DNA from: a virus
IMG/VR virus record: IMGVR_UViG_3300000976_000011
Span: 32,001-96,000 of that record
DNA: 64,000 nt
Strand: one strand, 5' to 3'
This document shows positions 22,092 to 30,049 of this stretch, in pieces. Every line of letters begins with the position of its first letter. The stretch's first letter is position 1. Below the pieces are notes generated by a model. It was not told where the DNA came from. It did no database searches and saw only the letters and a program-made list of their open reading frames with translations. The translations under genes and the position numbers were made by a program.

Positions 22092-23006
22092 ATGAAACAT
22101 TTACATGAAGTACAGAACTCAAATATATTAGATAGAGATTTTTTCGTTAATATCAAATTAGATTATTCAGCATTTATAGTTAAATATGAAAATGGTGTTT
22201 CTACTTATCATGGTAGAAACTTAAAAGAAATTACTCATTTCGGATTTGAGAATAGATTTGCTATTTTATCGCCAGCTCGCTCTATATTTTTAGCTAATTC
22301 TGAAGACATATTGGATAAAGATGGATATTATCATTTTGAATATAAAAATCCTGATATGGAATATACTATCGACGATGGCCGAGATCCTGGTCTATATTTT
22401 TCATATTTTACAGATTTAGATCATAATGTTCAAAATACTGATATAGTTAGAGAAACATCAATAGAAATTTCTCGTGATGATTTAAAAAATCTATCTTCTA
22501 GTGATCTTTTAGTAAAATACAATCTAGGTCAAGAAGAAGGTATAGTTGTACATTTTCCTATGTATAATGATTCAGTAAAAGTAGTAAATCCATATTTTAC
22601 AAGTTATGCTAAATTAAAGCGCTCAGTAAATAGTAATAGTAAAGAAGTAAGAGCCTTTGTTAAGGCTTTCTTTGAACAAGGTAAACAGGGTTTAGTTTCA
22701 GGAGTAAGCAAGAATATAGAAGACACTCAAGCTTATAAAAATTTCATATTTAATAATGCTGTTATCGTTTATGCTGATCTTATGACAGATTTAGATATAG
22801 ATTTTTTTAAAACTAATCCTGCTCTATTATCTTATAATAAATTATTTAAATTTTATTCATATGAATTATGGGAAATAGTAGAAAATCAAACTGCCATGGA
22901 ACAGTTTGATAGATATATTGGAAGAGGCAATTATGAACTTATCTCCTTTATATACATAGTGTTAATGAATTTAGTTGAAAAAGAATTAGAAAATGAAATT
23001 AAATAA
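22092..23006 (+). CDS. RNA-ligase-like covalent nucleotidyltransferase (divergent)
   Basis: KLDYS (motif I-like), EGIVV (IV), KVVNP (V). Confidence 0.55.
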   Translation: MKHLHEVQNSNILDRDFFVNIKLDYSAFIVKYENGVSTYHGRNLKEITHFGFENRFAILSPARSIFLANSEDILDKDGYYHFEYKNPDMEYTIDDGRDPGLYFSYFTDLDHNVQNTDIVRETSIEISRDDLKNLSSSDLLVKYNLGQEEGIVVHFPMYNDSVKVVNPYFTSYAKLKRSVNSNSKEVRAFVKAFFEQGKQGLVSGVSKNIEDTQAYKNFIFNNAVIVYADLMTDLDIDFFKTNPALLSYNKLFKFYSYELWEIVENQTAMEQFDRYIGRGNYELISFIYIVLMNLVEKELENEIK

Positions 23007-23520
23007 AATAGACGTTGAAATTTCTGATATGGAAGGAAGACTTTTAATAAATTCTTTATCTTTATATTTAAAATGTGATGGCTGTTTAGCATATTATTCC
23101 AATGGCGCTCAACTTCTTGATAATGAAAGACATTATTTAGAATTGTTATATCATTTTTGTACTTTATTTGATAAAATAGAAGTCTATACTAAAACTTTAG
23201 AAACGATAACAAAACATTATGCTGACTGATGAAATATTAAATAAAATAGATTATGTTGCTGCTAGGGTAGTTCCTAGATTTCTTAATGAAAACTGTGTTA
23301 ATGGATTTTCTATAAAAGAAAATGATGAAGAATTAGAGCTAATAGGTTTTCATGGAAAACTTCTTTATCTTCATAAAAATAAATTTCAATCAGACTTATA
23401 TAGAATGTTTATTTTTCAAGCTATTTGTGAATATAAATGCATAGAATTAAATGAAAACGAACTTGATATAATTTTAGAATTTCAAGAAGCAATACCAAAA
23501 TATAACCGGAGAACCCATTA

Positions 23521-24519
23521 ATGTACACCGATATAGAAGAACAATATTCTCAATTATTAAATCATGTAAAATTATATGGTCATCAAGTAGATAATGATCG
23601 AACAGGAGTCGGCACTAAAAAAGATTTTGGTCATTTAATTAAATTAGATGTAGAAGAAGTAGGGTTCCCAATTCTTACAAGTAAATTTGTACATTTTAAA
23701 TCTATTGTAGTTGAACTATTATGGATGTTAAATGGCGATGATAATACCGATTATCTTAAAGAGCACGGTGTTACTATCTGGGATGAGTGGGCAGATGATA
23801 ATGGAGATCTAAATGGCGTATATGGAAAACAGTGGCGACATTGGCATAGAAATGTTTACAAGCGAGAAGTAAAATCTTTGGAGGATCTATGTGATATGTT
23901 CGGTCGCCCTGAAGAATTTACTGGCCACACTGCTATTTTTAAAAATGGTCAAACTTGGAACTATTTTAATAAAGAAAATTTCTTTAGATGGGATCAATCT
24001 ATAGATCAAGTAGAACAGCTGATTAATACAATTAAAACCAATCCAAATGATAGGCGACAAATAGTTACAGCTTGGAATGTAGATGCATTAGACAGTATGA
24101 ATTTACCACCTTGTCATCATACCTGGCAAACATTTGTTAGAGGTGACACTTTAGATTTAATGATGCATCAGAGAAGCTGTGATATGTTTCTAGGTGTACC
24201 TTTTAATCTAACAGCATATTCTCTTTTATTGTGCATTTTGGCTAAAATAACTGGATTAAAACCTGGAAAATTTACATGGACGGGTGGCGACTGTCATGTA
24301 TACTCTAACCATGTTAATCAAGTTGATAAGTATTTAGATAATTATTATACCAATGCTTCATCAAATGGCGGTATTCAATATCCAACTCTTTGCTTTAATG
24401 ATGATATTGATTTTTCAAGCTTACAATCATTTTTAGATACAACATTGGATAATCCTGAAAGAATATTTTTAATGGATTATAAACATATGGGTTCTATTAA
24501 AGCGGATGTGGCAGTGTGA
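23521..24519 (+). CDS. td: thymidylate synthase
   Basis: DRTGVGT, IWDEWAD, LPPCH, QRSCDMFLGVPFN (Asn, dUMP-specific), HVYSNH. Confidence 0.96.
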   Translation: MYTDIEEQYSQLLNHVKLYGHQVDNDRTGVGTKKDFGHLIKLDVEEVGFPILTSKFVHFKSIVVELLWMLNGDDNTDYLKEHGVTIWDEWADDNGDLNGVYGKQWRHWHRNVYKREVKSLEDLCDMFGRPEEFTGHTAIFKNGQTWNYFNKENFFRWDQSIDQVEQLINTIKTNPNDRRQIVTAWNVDALDSMNLPPCHHTWQTFVRGDTLDLMMHQRSCDMFLGVPFNLTAYSLLLCILAKITGLKPGKFTWTGGDCHVYSNHVNQVDKYLDNYYTNASSNGGIQYPTLCFNDDIDFSSLQSFLDTTLDNPERIFLMDYKHMGSIKADVAV

Positions 24520-24771
24520 TGAAAGATAAATTAGGAAGACATTTAGATGCAAATGATTTGATTGTATATTCTACATCATCAAGAGATTATAATAATTTTA
24601 AATTTGCTAAAATATTAGAAGTAGAAGAGAAATCTTTAACCCTTATTCCATTGGTTGAAAATTGGAATAAGGGTTTTCGAATCGGTAAAAAGTGTAAAAT
24701 ATCTCATTCTGAAAGAATTCTTAAGATTGATGACGCTACATCAGTTTTAGCTAATATGAAGTTAGAATCAC

Positions 24772-24880
24772 TTACTCAAATTTAAAATCAAATCCCAAGT
24801 CCTTAAAAGATAAACCTTTAGGGAAAACTTTTAAGGACTTGGGATTTGATTTTAAATTTGATCCATATAAGTTTTTATAA
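24772..24880 (-). pseudogene. HNH endonuclease C-terminal remnant
   Basis: Encodes GLSFKDLGFDF tail; degenerate late promoter; antisense and overlapping the convergent gene stop like the intact HNH genes. Confidence 0.5.
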
Positions 24881-24892
24881 AGGAGAATTTTT

Positions 24893-25339
24893 TTGACTAC
24901 AATTTGCTGGGACGGAGAAACATTGGCAACAGATTCTTTATTAAATTCTGATTCAGGAGTTAGCCAAGTTGAAACTAAAAAATTATTTAAAGTAAATAGA
25001 TATTTTGATTTCATAAATGTGAAATTTGAAGATAAAGGATTCTATCTGGCTGGAGCTGGAAATTACACTGAAATTTTAACTATTTTAGATACGTTAAATT
25101 TTTCAAGTATTGAAGAATCAGAATTTTTTATATTAGATATCAATTTAACTAAGTGTTATTATATTGATAGTTATGGTATAATGGAAATTAAAGAATCTAT
25201 GGCTATTGGCTCAGGAAGTCAATATGCCATGGGAGCGATGTTGGCAGGATCAAACGCAGCCGAAGCTGTTAAGATCGCGTCACAATTAGATACTGAAACA
25301 GGTGGAAATGTACAATATATAAAGGTTACATATTCTTAA
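24893..25339 (+). CDS. Ntn-hydrolase, HslV/proteasome beta-subunit-like peptidase
   Basis: N-terminal (M)TTIC..ATDS, AIGSGSQYAMGAM, A..LDTETGG. Confidence 0.75.
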   Translation: MTTICWDGETLATDSLLNSDSGVSQVETKKLFKVNRYFDFINVKFEDKGFYLAGAGNYTEILTILDTLNFSSIEESEFFILDINLTKCYYIDSYGIMEIKESMAIGSGSQYAMGAMLAGSNAAEAVKIASQLDTETGGNVQYIKVTYS

Positions 25340-25577
25340 TAAAATAGTTATTTACTTTTATACCCATTAATATATAATACTCATCAAGTTAAACAAATTA
25401 TGAAAACAACAAACGAAATTTTAAATGATACTTTAGAAGATTTACAAGAAGCATTAGTTTTAGCAGGCGGTAAATTTTTCCGTAGAGAAGAATTGTTAAA
25501 TATGCCAGTAGATGAATTATTTGCTATGTGTATTTCTAATAAAATTAAATTAAAAATTAAATTTATTTCAAAATAAT

Positions 25578-25627
25578 GTTTACATTGTGATTTAAATAGT
25601 ATATAATGTATTCATCAGTTAGATAAA
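25578..25627 (+). promoter_or_regulatory. early promoter heading the tRNA region
   Basis: GTTTACA-N17-TATAAT then ATCAGTTAGATAAA. Confidence 0.75.
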
Positions 25628-25650
25628 TAAATTTAACTAAACAGAATTAT

Positions 25651-25698
25651 GCCGTAGTTGTACGAATGTAGGTGGTCTGAATCCACCCTACGGCGCCA
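25651..25698 (+). ncRNA. tRNA minihelix-like RNA (acceptor stem + T arm + CCA)
   Basis: GCCGTAG/CTACGGC-G-CCA, GGTGG-TCTGAAT-CCACC; D and anticodon arms replaced by 13 nt. Confidence 0.7.
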
Positions 25699-25713
25699 AT
25701 TTTGATATTATAA

Positions 25714-25789
25714 TGCGGAGAAGTATTGGTTATACAAACTGAAGATTAATATTTCAGTTATCAGGTTCGATTCCTAGGCTCCGTGAACA
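25714..25789 (+). pseudogene. degenerate tRNA-like gene with extended anticodon stem
   Basis: GCGGAG/CTCCGT acceptor, GGTTCGATTCC T loop, 8-bp stem with ATTAATA loop, no CCA. Confidence 0.5.
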
Positions 25790-25909
25790 TTTGTGAGTTA
25801 ATAGGCAAGGTTATAATATTAAATTTTTCTGATTAATTAGGTTCAAATTTGATTAAGAACCAACTGAGGTCACCTAATTAGTCTTTTTTAAAGTTTTATA
25901 AATAGATAT

Positions 25910-26014
25910 ATGAATTATACAAATACAATCAGACCGACGAATATCGCTACTAAAGAACTGACAGTAGTGGAATATCGCGCGAATCCTATCTTTGATAAGG
26001 AGTCTGGAAGTTAA
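25910..26014 (+). CDS. 34-aa leader-like peptide MNYTNTIRPTNIATKELTVVEYRANPIFDKESGS
   Basis: ATG 6 nt after TATAAATA (25897-25904), followed by a terminator. Confidence 0.45.
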   Translation: MNYTNTIRPTNIATKELTVVEYRANPIFDKESGS

Positions 26015-26040
26015 GTAGGTAAATACAATAGTATTTTAAG

Positions 26041-26072
26041 AGCCTACTTATTAATTTAAGTAGGCTTTTTTT
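26041..26072 (+). terminator. intrinsic terminator upstream of the tRNA array
   Basis: AGCCTACTTA/TAAGTAGGCT stem + T run. Confidence 0.8.
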
Positions 26073-26085
26073 AACACAAAATAAT

Positions 26086-26161
26086 GGTCACGTAGCTTAG
26101 CGGCAAAAGCACTCCCCTGTCAAGGGAGTAGACGAGAGTTCGAATCTCTTCGTGACCGCCA
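26086..26161 (+). tRNA. tRNA-Asp(GTC)
   Basis: Cloverleaf, CTCCC-CTGTCAA-GGGAG, CCA. Confidence 0.93.
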
Positions 26162-26165
26162 AAAT

Positions 26166-26240
26166 GTACTTGTAGCTGAGATGGATTAGCGTTAGGTTGA
26201 AGCCCTAAAGACGGAGGATCGTTACCTCCCGAGTACACCA
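26166..26240 (+). tRNA. tRNA-Phe(GAA)
   Basis: TTAGG-TTGAAGC-CCTAA, CCA. Confidence 0.9.
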
Positions 26241-26248
26241 AGTTTCAT

Positions 26249-26324
26249 TCCTTAGAAGTTCACCAGGTAGAACGCCGGACTGTTAATCCGGATGTTGGGA
26301 GTTCGAGTCTCTCCTAGGGAGCCA
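26249..26324 (+). tRNA. tRNA-Asn(GTT)
   Basis: CCGGA-CTGTTAA-TCCGG, CCA. Confidence 0.92.
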
Positions 26325-26329
26325 ATTTT

Positions 26330-26420
26330 ATTGGTAGTTATAGTACTGCACTAGCTCAGAAAGCACGCGAGGCAACGTATACCTCTTGCATGATCGGGAA
26401 AAACTTGAGTAACTATCAAT
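26330..26420 (+). ncRNA. unassigned structured RNA between tRNAs
   Basis: 11-bp closing helix ATTGGTAGTTA/TAACTATCAAT with internal GAGG/CCTC hairpin. Confidence 0.5.
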
Positions 26421-26422
26421 AC

Positions 26423-26497
26423 AGTCGATTAGTTTAATGGCTAAAACCCCGAACTGATAATTCGGAGAAGAAGGATCGAGACCTTCATCGACTACCA
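26423..26497 (+). tRNA. tRNA-Ile(GAT)
   Basis: CCGAA-CTGATAA-TTCGG, CCA. Confidence 0.92.
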
Positions 26498-26534
26498 CTT
26501 TTAACTTTTTATAAATAATAATAAAGTTAAAAGT
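26497..26534 (+). promoter_or_regulatory. late promoter inside a translation-blocking hairpin (I-TevI-type control)
   Basis: ACTTTTAACTTT/AAAGTTAAAAGT 12-bp stem encloses TATAAATA and ends 1 nt before the HNH ATG. Confidence 0.7.
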
Positions 26535-26535
26535 T

Positions 26536-27222
26536 ATGAACTATAAAAAGATATACGATTCTCTAATTGAAAGAGGATCGAATAGAAAATTAGAGTGCTA
26601 TAAAGAATCTCATCATATCCTACCTAGATGTATAGGAGGAACAGATGAAAAAGATAATTTAGTAGAATTAACCCCAGAAGAGCATTATTTAGCTCACCAA
26701 TTGTTAGTTAAAATTTATCCAGACGAAGCTAAGTTAGTTTATGCTGCTAATATGATGATTCCTAATAGATCGTCTAATAAAATGTATGGTTGGTTAAGAA
26801 GGAGATTCTCTAAAGAAATATCTATTAATCAAAAAGGTAAAGGTAATTCTCAAGCTAACACTTTTTGGGTAAGTAATATAAATGAAAGAAAAAACCTGAA
26901 ACTTAAAAAGGGTGATGATATTCCTTTAAATTACTTACCAGGTAGAAATCTTTGGAAAGAATTAGATAGGCAGTATGAATTAGAAAGAAACAAAGAAATA
27001 AAATTACAAAATAATATAGATAAAGCTAAAAAATACTATTTACTTTTTTGTGATTCTAATTATAATTCTTTAAAATCATTTGGAGAATCAAACATGTATC
27101 CGCATTCGTATATAAGTTTGTATAAGCTCTGGAAAAAATATTTGCCGGAATATAATGAAATATCCGGTCAAGGTAAAAGCATTAAAAAGATAATGGGGTG
27201 TAGCTCAGAGGCAGAGCAGTAG
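26536..27222 (+). mobile_element. HNH homing endonuclease inserted in the tRNA cluster
   Basis: ESHHILPRCIGG..NLVELTPEEHYLAH; its 3' end runs into tRNA-Lys. Confidence 0.88.
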
Positions 27223-27268
27223 ACTTTTAATCTATTGGACGGGATTTCGAAATTCCCTACCCCAACCA
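27194..27268 (+). tRNA. tRNA-Lys(TTT)
   Basis: GTAGA-CTTTTAA-TCTAT, CCA. Confidence 0.9.
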
Positions 27269-27278
27269 AATATTAAAC

Positions 27279-27368
27279 GCGTAGACTGAGCATTGGCGAG
27301 CTCAAGTGGCTGTAACCCACCCGCATATAAATAAGTCTGTATAGGTTCAACTCCTATTCTGCGCACCA
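27279..27368 (+). tRNA. tRNA-Tyr(GTA)
   Basis: GTGG-CTGTAAC-CCAC, long variable arm, CCA. Confidence 0.88.
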
Positions 27369-27376
27369 CAATATAA

Positions 27377-27452
27377 GCACTTGAAGCATTTATTGGATGA
27401 TGCCCGGTTTTGTAATCCGGTGAATACGGCTCGATTCCGTACTAGTGCTCCA
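27377..27452 (+). tRNA. tRNA-Thr(TGT)
   Basis: CCGG-T-TTTGTAA-T-CCGG, CCA; two stem mismatches. Confidence 0.82.
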
Positions 27453-27455
27453 AAA

Positions 27456-27576
27456 TTTAGTAATCGCTTGAATGTGATAATGAATTAATATTAAACATGT
27501 CAATGATATTATGAATTTATTGCTTGGATAAAGCACTAGGCAACTAGAGCTGATGGTTCGAATCCATCTTACTAAA
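27456..27576 (+). ncRNA. Ser-tRNA-like RNA with large AT-rich insertion in the D region
   Basis: TTTAGTA/TACTAAA acceptor, CTAG-GCAA-CTAG variable arm, GATGG-TTCGAAT-CCATC T arm. Confidence 0.55.
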
Positions 27577-27722
27577 TAAAAATTTGCAAATAGCTCGAAC
27601 TGAACCAGAAATGGTCGGACAAGATACCCGATAAGTGGTCGTGGCAGTGCCGGTAAAGTCTTAAATCAGGAAGTCATTGATTTTGAATGACTAATTCATT
27701 CTATCTAGAGAATGAATTTTAT

Positions 27723-27797
27723 GAATCGGAAGGCAAATGGTTAGCCATCACACTTTCAATGTGACGTTAGCGGGTTCGAACCCCGTCCGGTTCTCCA
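27723..27797 (+). tRNA. tRNA-Glu(TTC)
   Basis: TCACA-CTTTCAA-TGTGA, CCA. Confidence 0.9.
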
Positions 27798-27800
27798 AAT

Positions 27801-27916
27801 TAAATGTGATCTAAAGCCTATCATTTGAAGCTCAAACTTAGATTGGAGAATAAGGGTCTAAGGTGCTCTTTAAATACCAATATCACCTGAATGACGATTC
27901 AGGAATGATCACTTTA
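27801..27916 (+). ncRNA. unassigned multibranch structured RNA
   Basis: GTGATC/GATCAC closing helix, CTTAGA/TCTAAG and CCTGAAT/ATTCAGG hairpins. Confidence 0.5.
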
Positions 27917-27923
27917 GCCTTAT

Positions 27924-28001
27924 CTGTGTGTAGCTCAGTCAGGTCAGAGTCCTCGCCTTGGAAGCGAGAAGCCGTTGGTTCGAATCCAACCACGCAGACC
28001 A
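27924..28001 (+). tRNA. tRNA-Pro(TGG)
   Basis: CTCGC-CTTGGAA-GCGAG, CCA. Confidence 0.93.
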
Positions 28002-28008
28002 AATTTAT

Positions 28009-28092
28009 GCCTCTGTGGTGAAATGGAAAACACACTGGTTTTAGATGCCAGCGACGAAAGTCTTGTCGGTTCGAATCCGACCAGGGGTACCA
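28009..28092 (+). tRNA. tRNA-Leu(TAG)
   Basis: CTGGT-TTTAGAT-GCCAG, variable arm, CCA. Confidence 0.92.
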
Positions 28093-28201
28093 AATTATTA
28101 TAAATATAATTGGATATTAATTTAATTAAGAGAAATTTATACCATTATCTGATGAATCAATTGTTTTCTTCACAGATAAACCTGGTTTAGTATAAACTTA
28201 C

Positions 28202-28273
28202 GCCCAAGGCAATTGGATGCACACCGGCCTACGAAGCTGGTTCTTATAGGTTCGAGTCCTATCTTGGGTGCCA
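28202..28273 (+). tRNA. tRNA-Arg(ACG), shortened D region
   Basis: CCGGC-CTACGAA-GCTGG, T arm, CCA. Confidence 0.8.
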
Positions 28274-28280
28274 AATTAAT

Positions 28281-28349
28281 GGGGTTGCTAGATGGGCTAG
28301 ACTTGACATTTGCAATGTCGATGGCAGGGATCGTTACCCTGTAGCTCCA
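28281..28349 (+). tRNA. tRNA-Cys(GCA), shortened D region, CCA not encoded
   Basis: TGACA-TTTGCAA-TGTCG; CAGGG-ATCGTTA-CCCTG. Confidence 0.65.
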
Positions 28350-28393
28350 AAAATTCTTATAAATATTATTGATTAAAATTTGAGATAAAATAC

Positions 28394-28687
28394 ATGAAAA
28401 CTAAATCAATAACTTATTCAACTTTATTAGCGCTTGCTTTAACAACTTCTACTACATTATCCGCTCCTTCTTTAGAGCGATGCGCAGATGTAATTAAAGG
28501 TGGGAAAAATTCTTGCGCGGTTAAATCTCTTGGTATTTCTTGCCAGGGTCAAGCGACTGACGACATAAATGCTCCAGAAGGAACTAAACCTAGAAAATTG
28601 GCTAAAGCTTGTAATAAAATTGCTGATCAAAATGATCATAAAATCACTGGTGGTAGATTGGTTGATAGATACGGCGAATCAATATGA
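28394..28687 (+). CDS. DUF2282/BufA1-like cysteine-rich secreted protein
   Basis: Signal peptide then ERC....GGKNSC....SCQGQA...C.KI...GG; preceded by TATAAATA. Confidence 0.6.
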   Translation: MKTKSITYSTLLALALTTSTTLSAPSLERCADVIKGGKNSCAVKSLGISCQGQATDDINAPEGTKPRKLAKACNKIADQNDHKITGGRLVDRYGESI

Positions 28688-28923
28688 TAAACAAGCAGAC
28701 ATTTTATGATTTAGCCGATATATTTGACAGATTTAGAATATTTCCTATTTTAATGATGCTATGTTATGGATATTTTGTGTTTGATGTGTTTAATTGGATT
28801 AAATCATTAGAAACTATATCTTTAGAAGCAGCGGGTATATTTTCCACTGTTACTGGCGTAGCTGGATTTGTGTTCAATTTTTATACCAACTTATTAAGTA
28901 GGGAAGTAAAGAATGATAAATAA
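28684..28923 (+). CDS. two-TM holin-like membrane protein
   Basis: D.FRIFP motif, two hydrophobic segments, late operon. Confidence 0.5.
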   Translation: MINKQTFYDLADIFDRFRIFPILMMLCYGYFVFDVFNWIKSLETISLEAAGIFSTVTGVAGFVFNFYTNLLSREVKNDK

Positions 28924-29458
28924 AGGTGCAGTGTAACAATTATTAACTCAACAACGGTTAATATCAGAATAAAAGAACTAGAGAATTTAATAACTAATTG
29001 TAAGAATTATAAAAAGTTAAAAATTCTTGAGAAAGATCTAACATCCTTTAGATGTATAAAAATATTATTGGATAATAATGGAAAAAGTACTTAGAGAGTG
29101 GCTAAACGAAGAAGATTCTTCAGATAATGGTTGGTTTAAATTCGAAATGGCTGCTGACTGTGAAGAAGTATATTGTGATTTAACTATAGCTGATTGTTCG
29201 AGATCTGTTCATTTATCTATTACTTGGGCTGAAGATGATTCTAAGTATCGAAAGAATTTAGAACAGGCTAAAGCTAAAATGGATAAACTTATCGAAGGTT
29301 TAGTAAGTTTTAGAAATGATTTCGATAAATTTCACGAACATTTCTTAGAAGAAAAAGATAAAGCTATTAAAAAACGAGAAGAAGCTAAAAATAAAGAAAA
29401 ATAATCGTTTACAATATTATCCGGTAGTATATAATTATTCTATCAGTTAAACAAATAT

Positions 29459-29544
29459 ACCCTTTGTTCCTGACATCGGTCTTCTAAACCGATCCTTTAA
29501 TGTTAGGTGGTAAGTGTGAGGTTCGATTCCTCCAGAGGGTGCCA
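29459..29544 (+). tRNA. non-canonical tRNA-Arg(TCT)-like RNA lacking a D arm, with long variable region
   Basis: ACCCTTTG/CAGAGGGT-G-CCA, ATCGGT-CTTCTAA-ACCGAT, GAGG-TTCGATT-CCTC; directly after early promoter 29407-29455. Confidence 0.7.
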
Positions 29545-29658
29545 TAATACTCGGGAGCACAGTGGATGACCGTTATCATCACGACTGAGGTATTAGTACA
29601 GTTCCAAAATTTGTACTCTAAGTCTATGATTCTTAGGTTAAAAATCATCTTTTAACAA

Positions 29659-29743
29659 TAGGTAAATTGTGAGCTAAGATTGATAGCTGGTTATCGAAAC
29701 GTAAATTCGAGTTAGGAAAAGTAGTGTCAACGTTCCTTGCCTA
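29659..29743 (+). ncRNA. degenerate cloverleaf RNA
   Basis: TAGGTAA/TTGCCTA closing stem with three hairpins; no T-loop consensus. Confidence 0.4.
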
Positions 29744-29759
29744 AATCTAGAACAAATAT

Positions 29760-29836
29760 CGCGGTTGTAGGAAGGGTGGTCCCTACTGAGGCTCATAACC
29801 TTTAGTTACCTAGTTCGATTCTAGCCTCCGCTACCA
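29760..29836 (+). tRNA. tRNA-Met(CAT), initiator-like
   Basis: Unpaired C1, CTCATAA loop, CCA; several acceptor mismatches. Confidence 0.7.
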
Positions 29837-29837
29837 A

Positions 29838-29914
29838 CGAGATAAGGCGAACAAGGTGGACGCACTAGATTCATAACCTAGTTATGGCTGATTCGATTTC
29901 AGCTATCTCGACCA
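29838..29914 (+). tRNA. tRNA-Met(CAT)
   Basis: CGAGATA/TATCTCG, TTCATAA loop, CCA. Confidence 0.85.
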
Positions 29915-29922
29915 AAACTACA

Positions 29923-30042
29923 TACACGGGTCTGGTACTGTTAGGTTCTTCGAAGGCCGACCAGAGGACATCGCGTAATAGGATAATATACTAGTACCTT
30001 GCTTCCTATTGATTAGGGGTTCGATTCCTCTTCTGTGTACCA
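29923..30042 (+). ncRNA. enlarged tRNA-like RNA A
   Basis: TACACGG/CTGTGTA acceptor + CCA, AGGGG-TTCGATT-CCTCT T arm, two long internal hairpins. Confidence 0.65.
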
Positions 30043-30049
30043 TTATTAG

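Noticed and set aside
23845-23995. Group I intron in td
   Set aside because: The extra segment is a short in-frame protein insertion with no stops or intron core
25714-25789. Ochre suppressor tRNA
   Set aside because: Best pairing centres the loop on TAA, not TTA, and the gene is degenerate
27326-27333. TATAAATA inside the tRNA-Tyr variable arm as a functional late promoter
   Set aside because: Plausible by chance in AT-rich DNA; no independent support
28141-28190. Hammerhead ribozyme (CTGATGA)
   Set aside because: No correctly placed GAAA core; it folds as a simple hairpin
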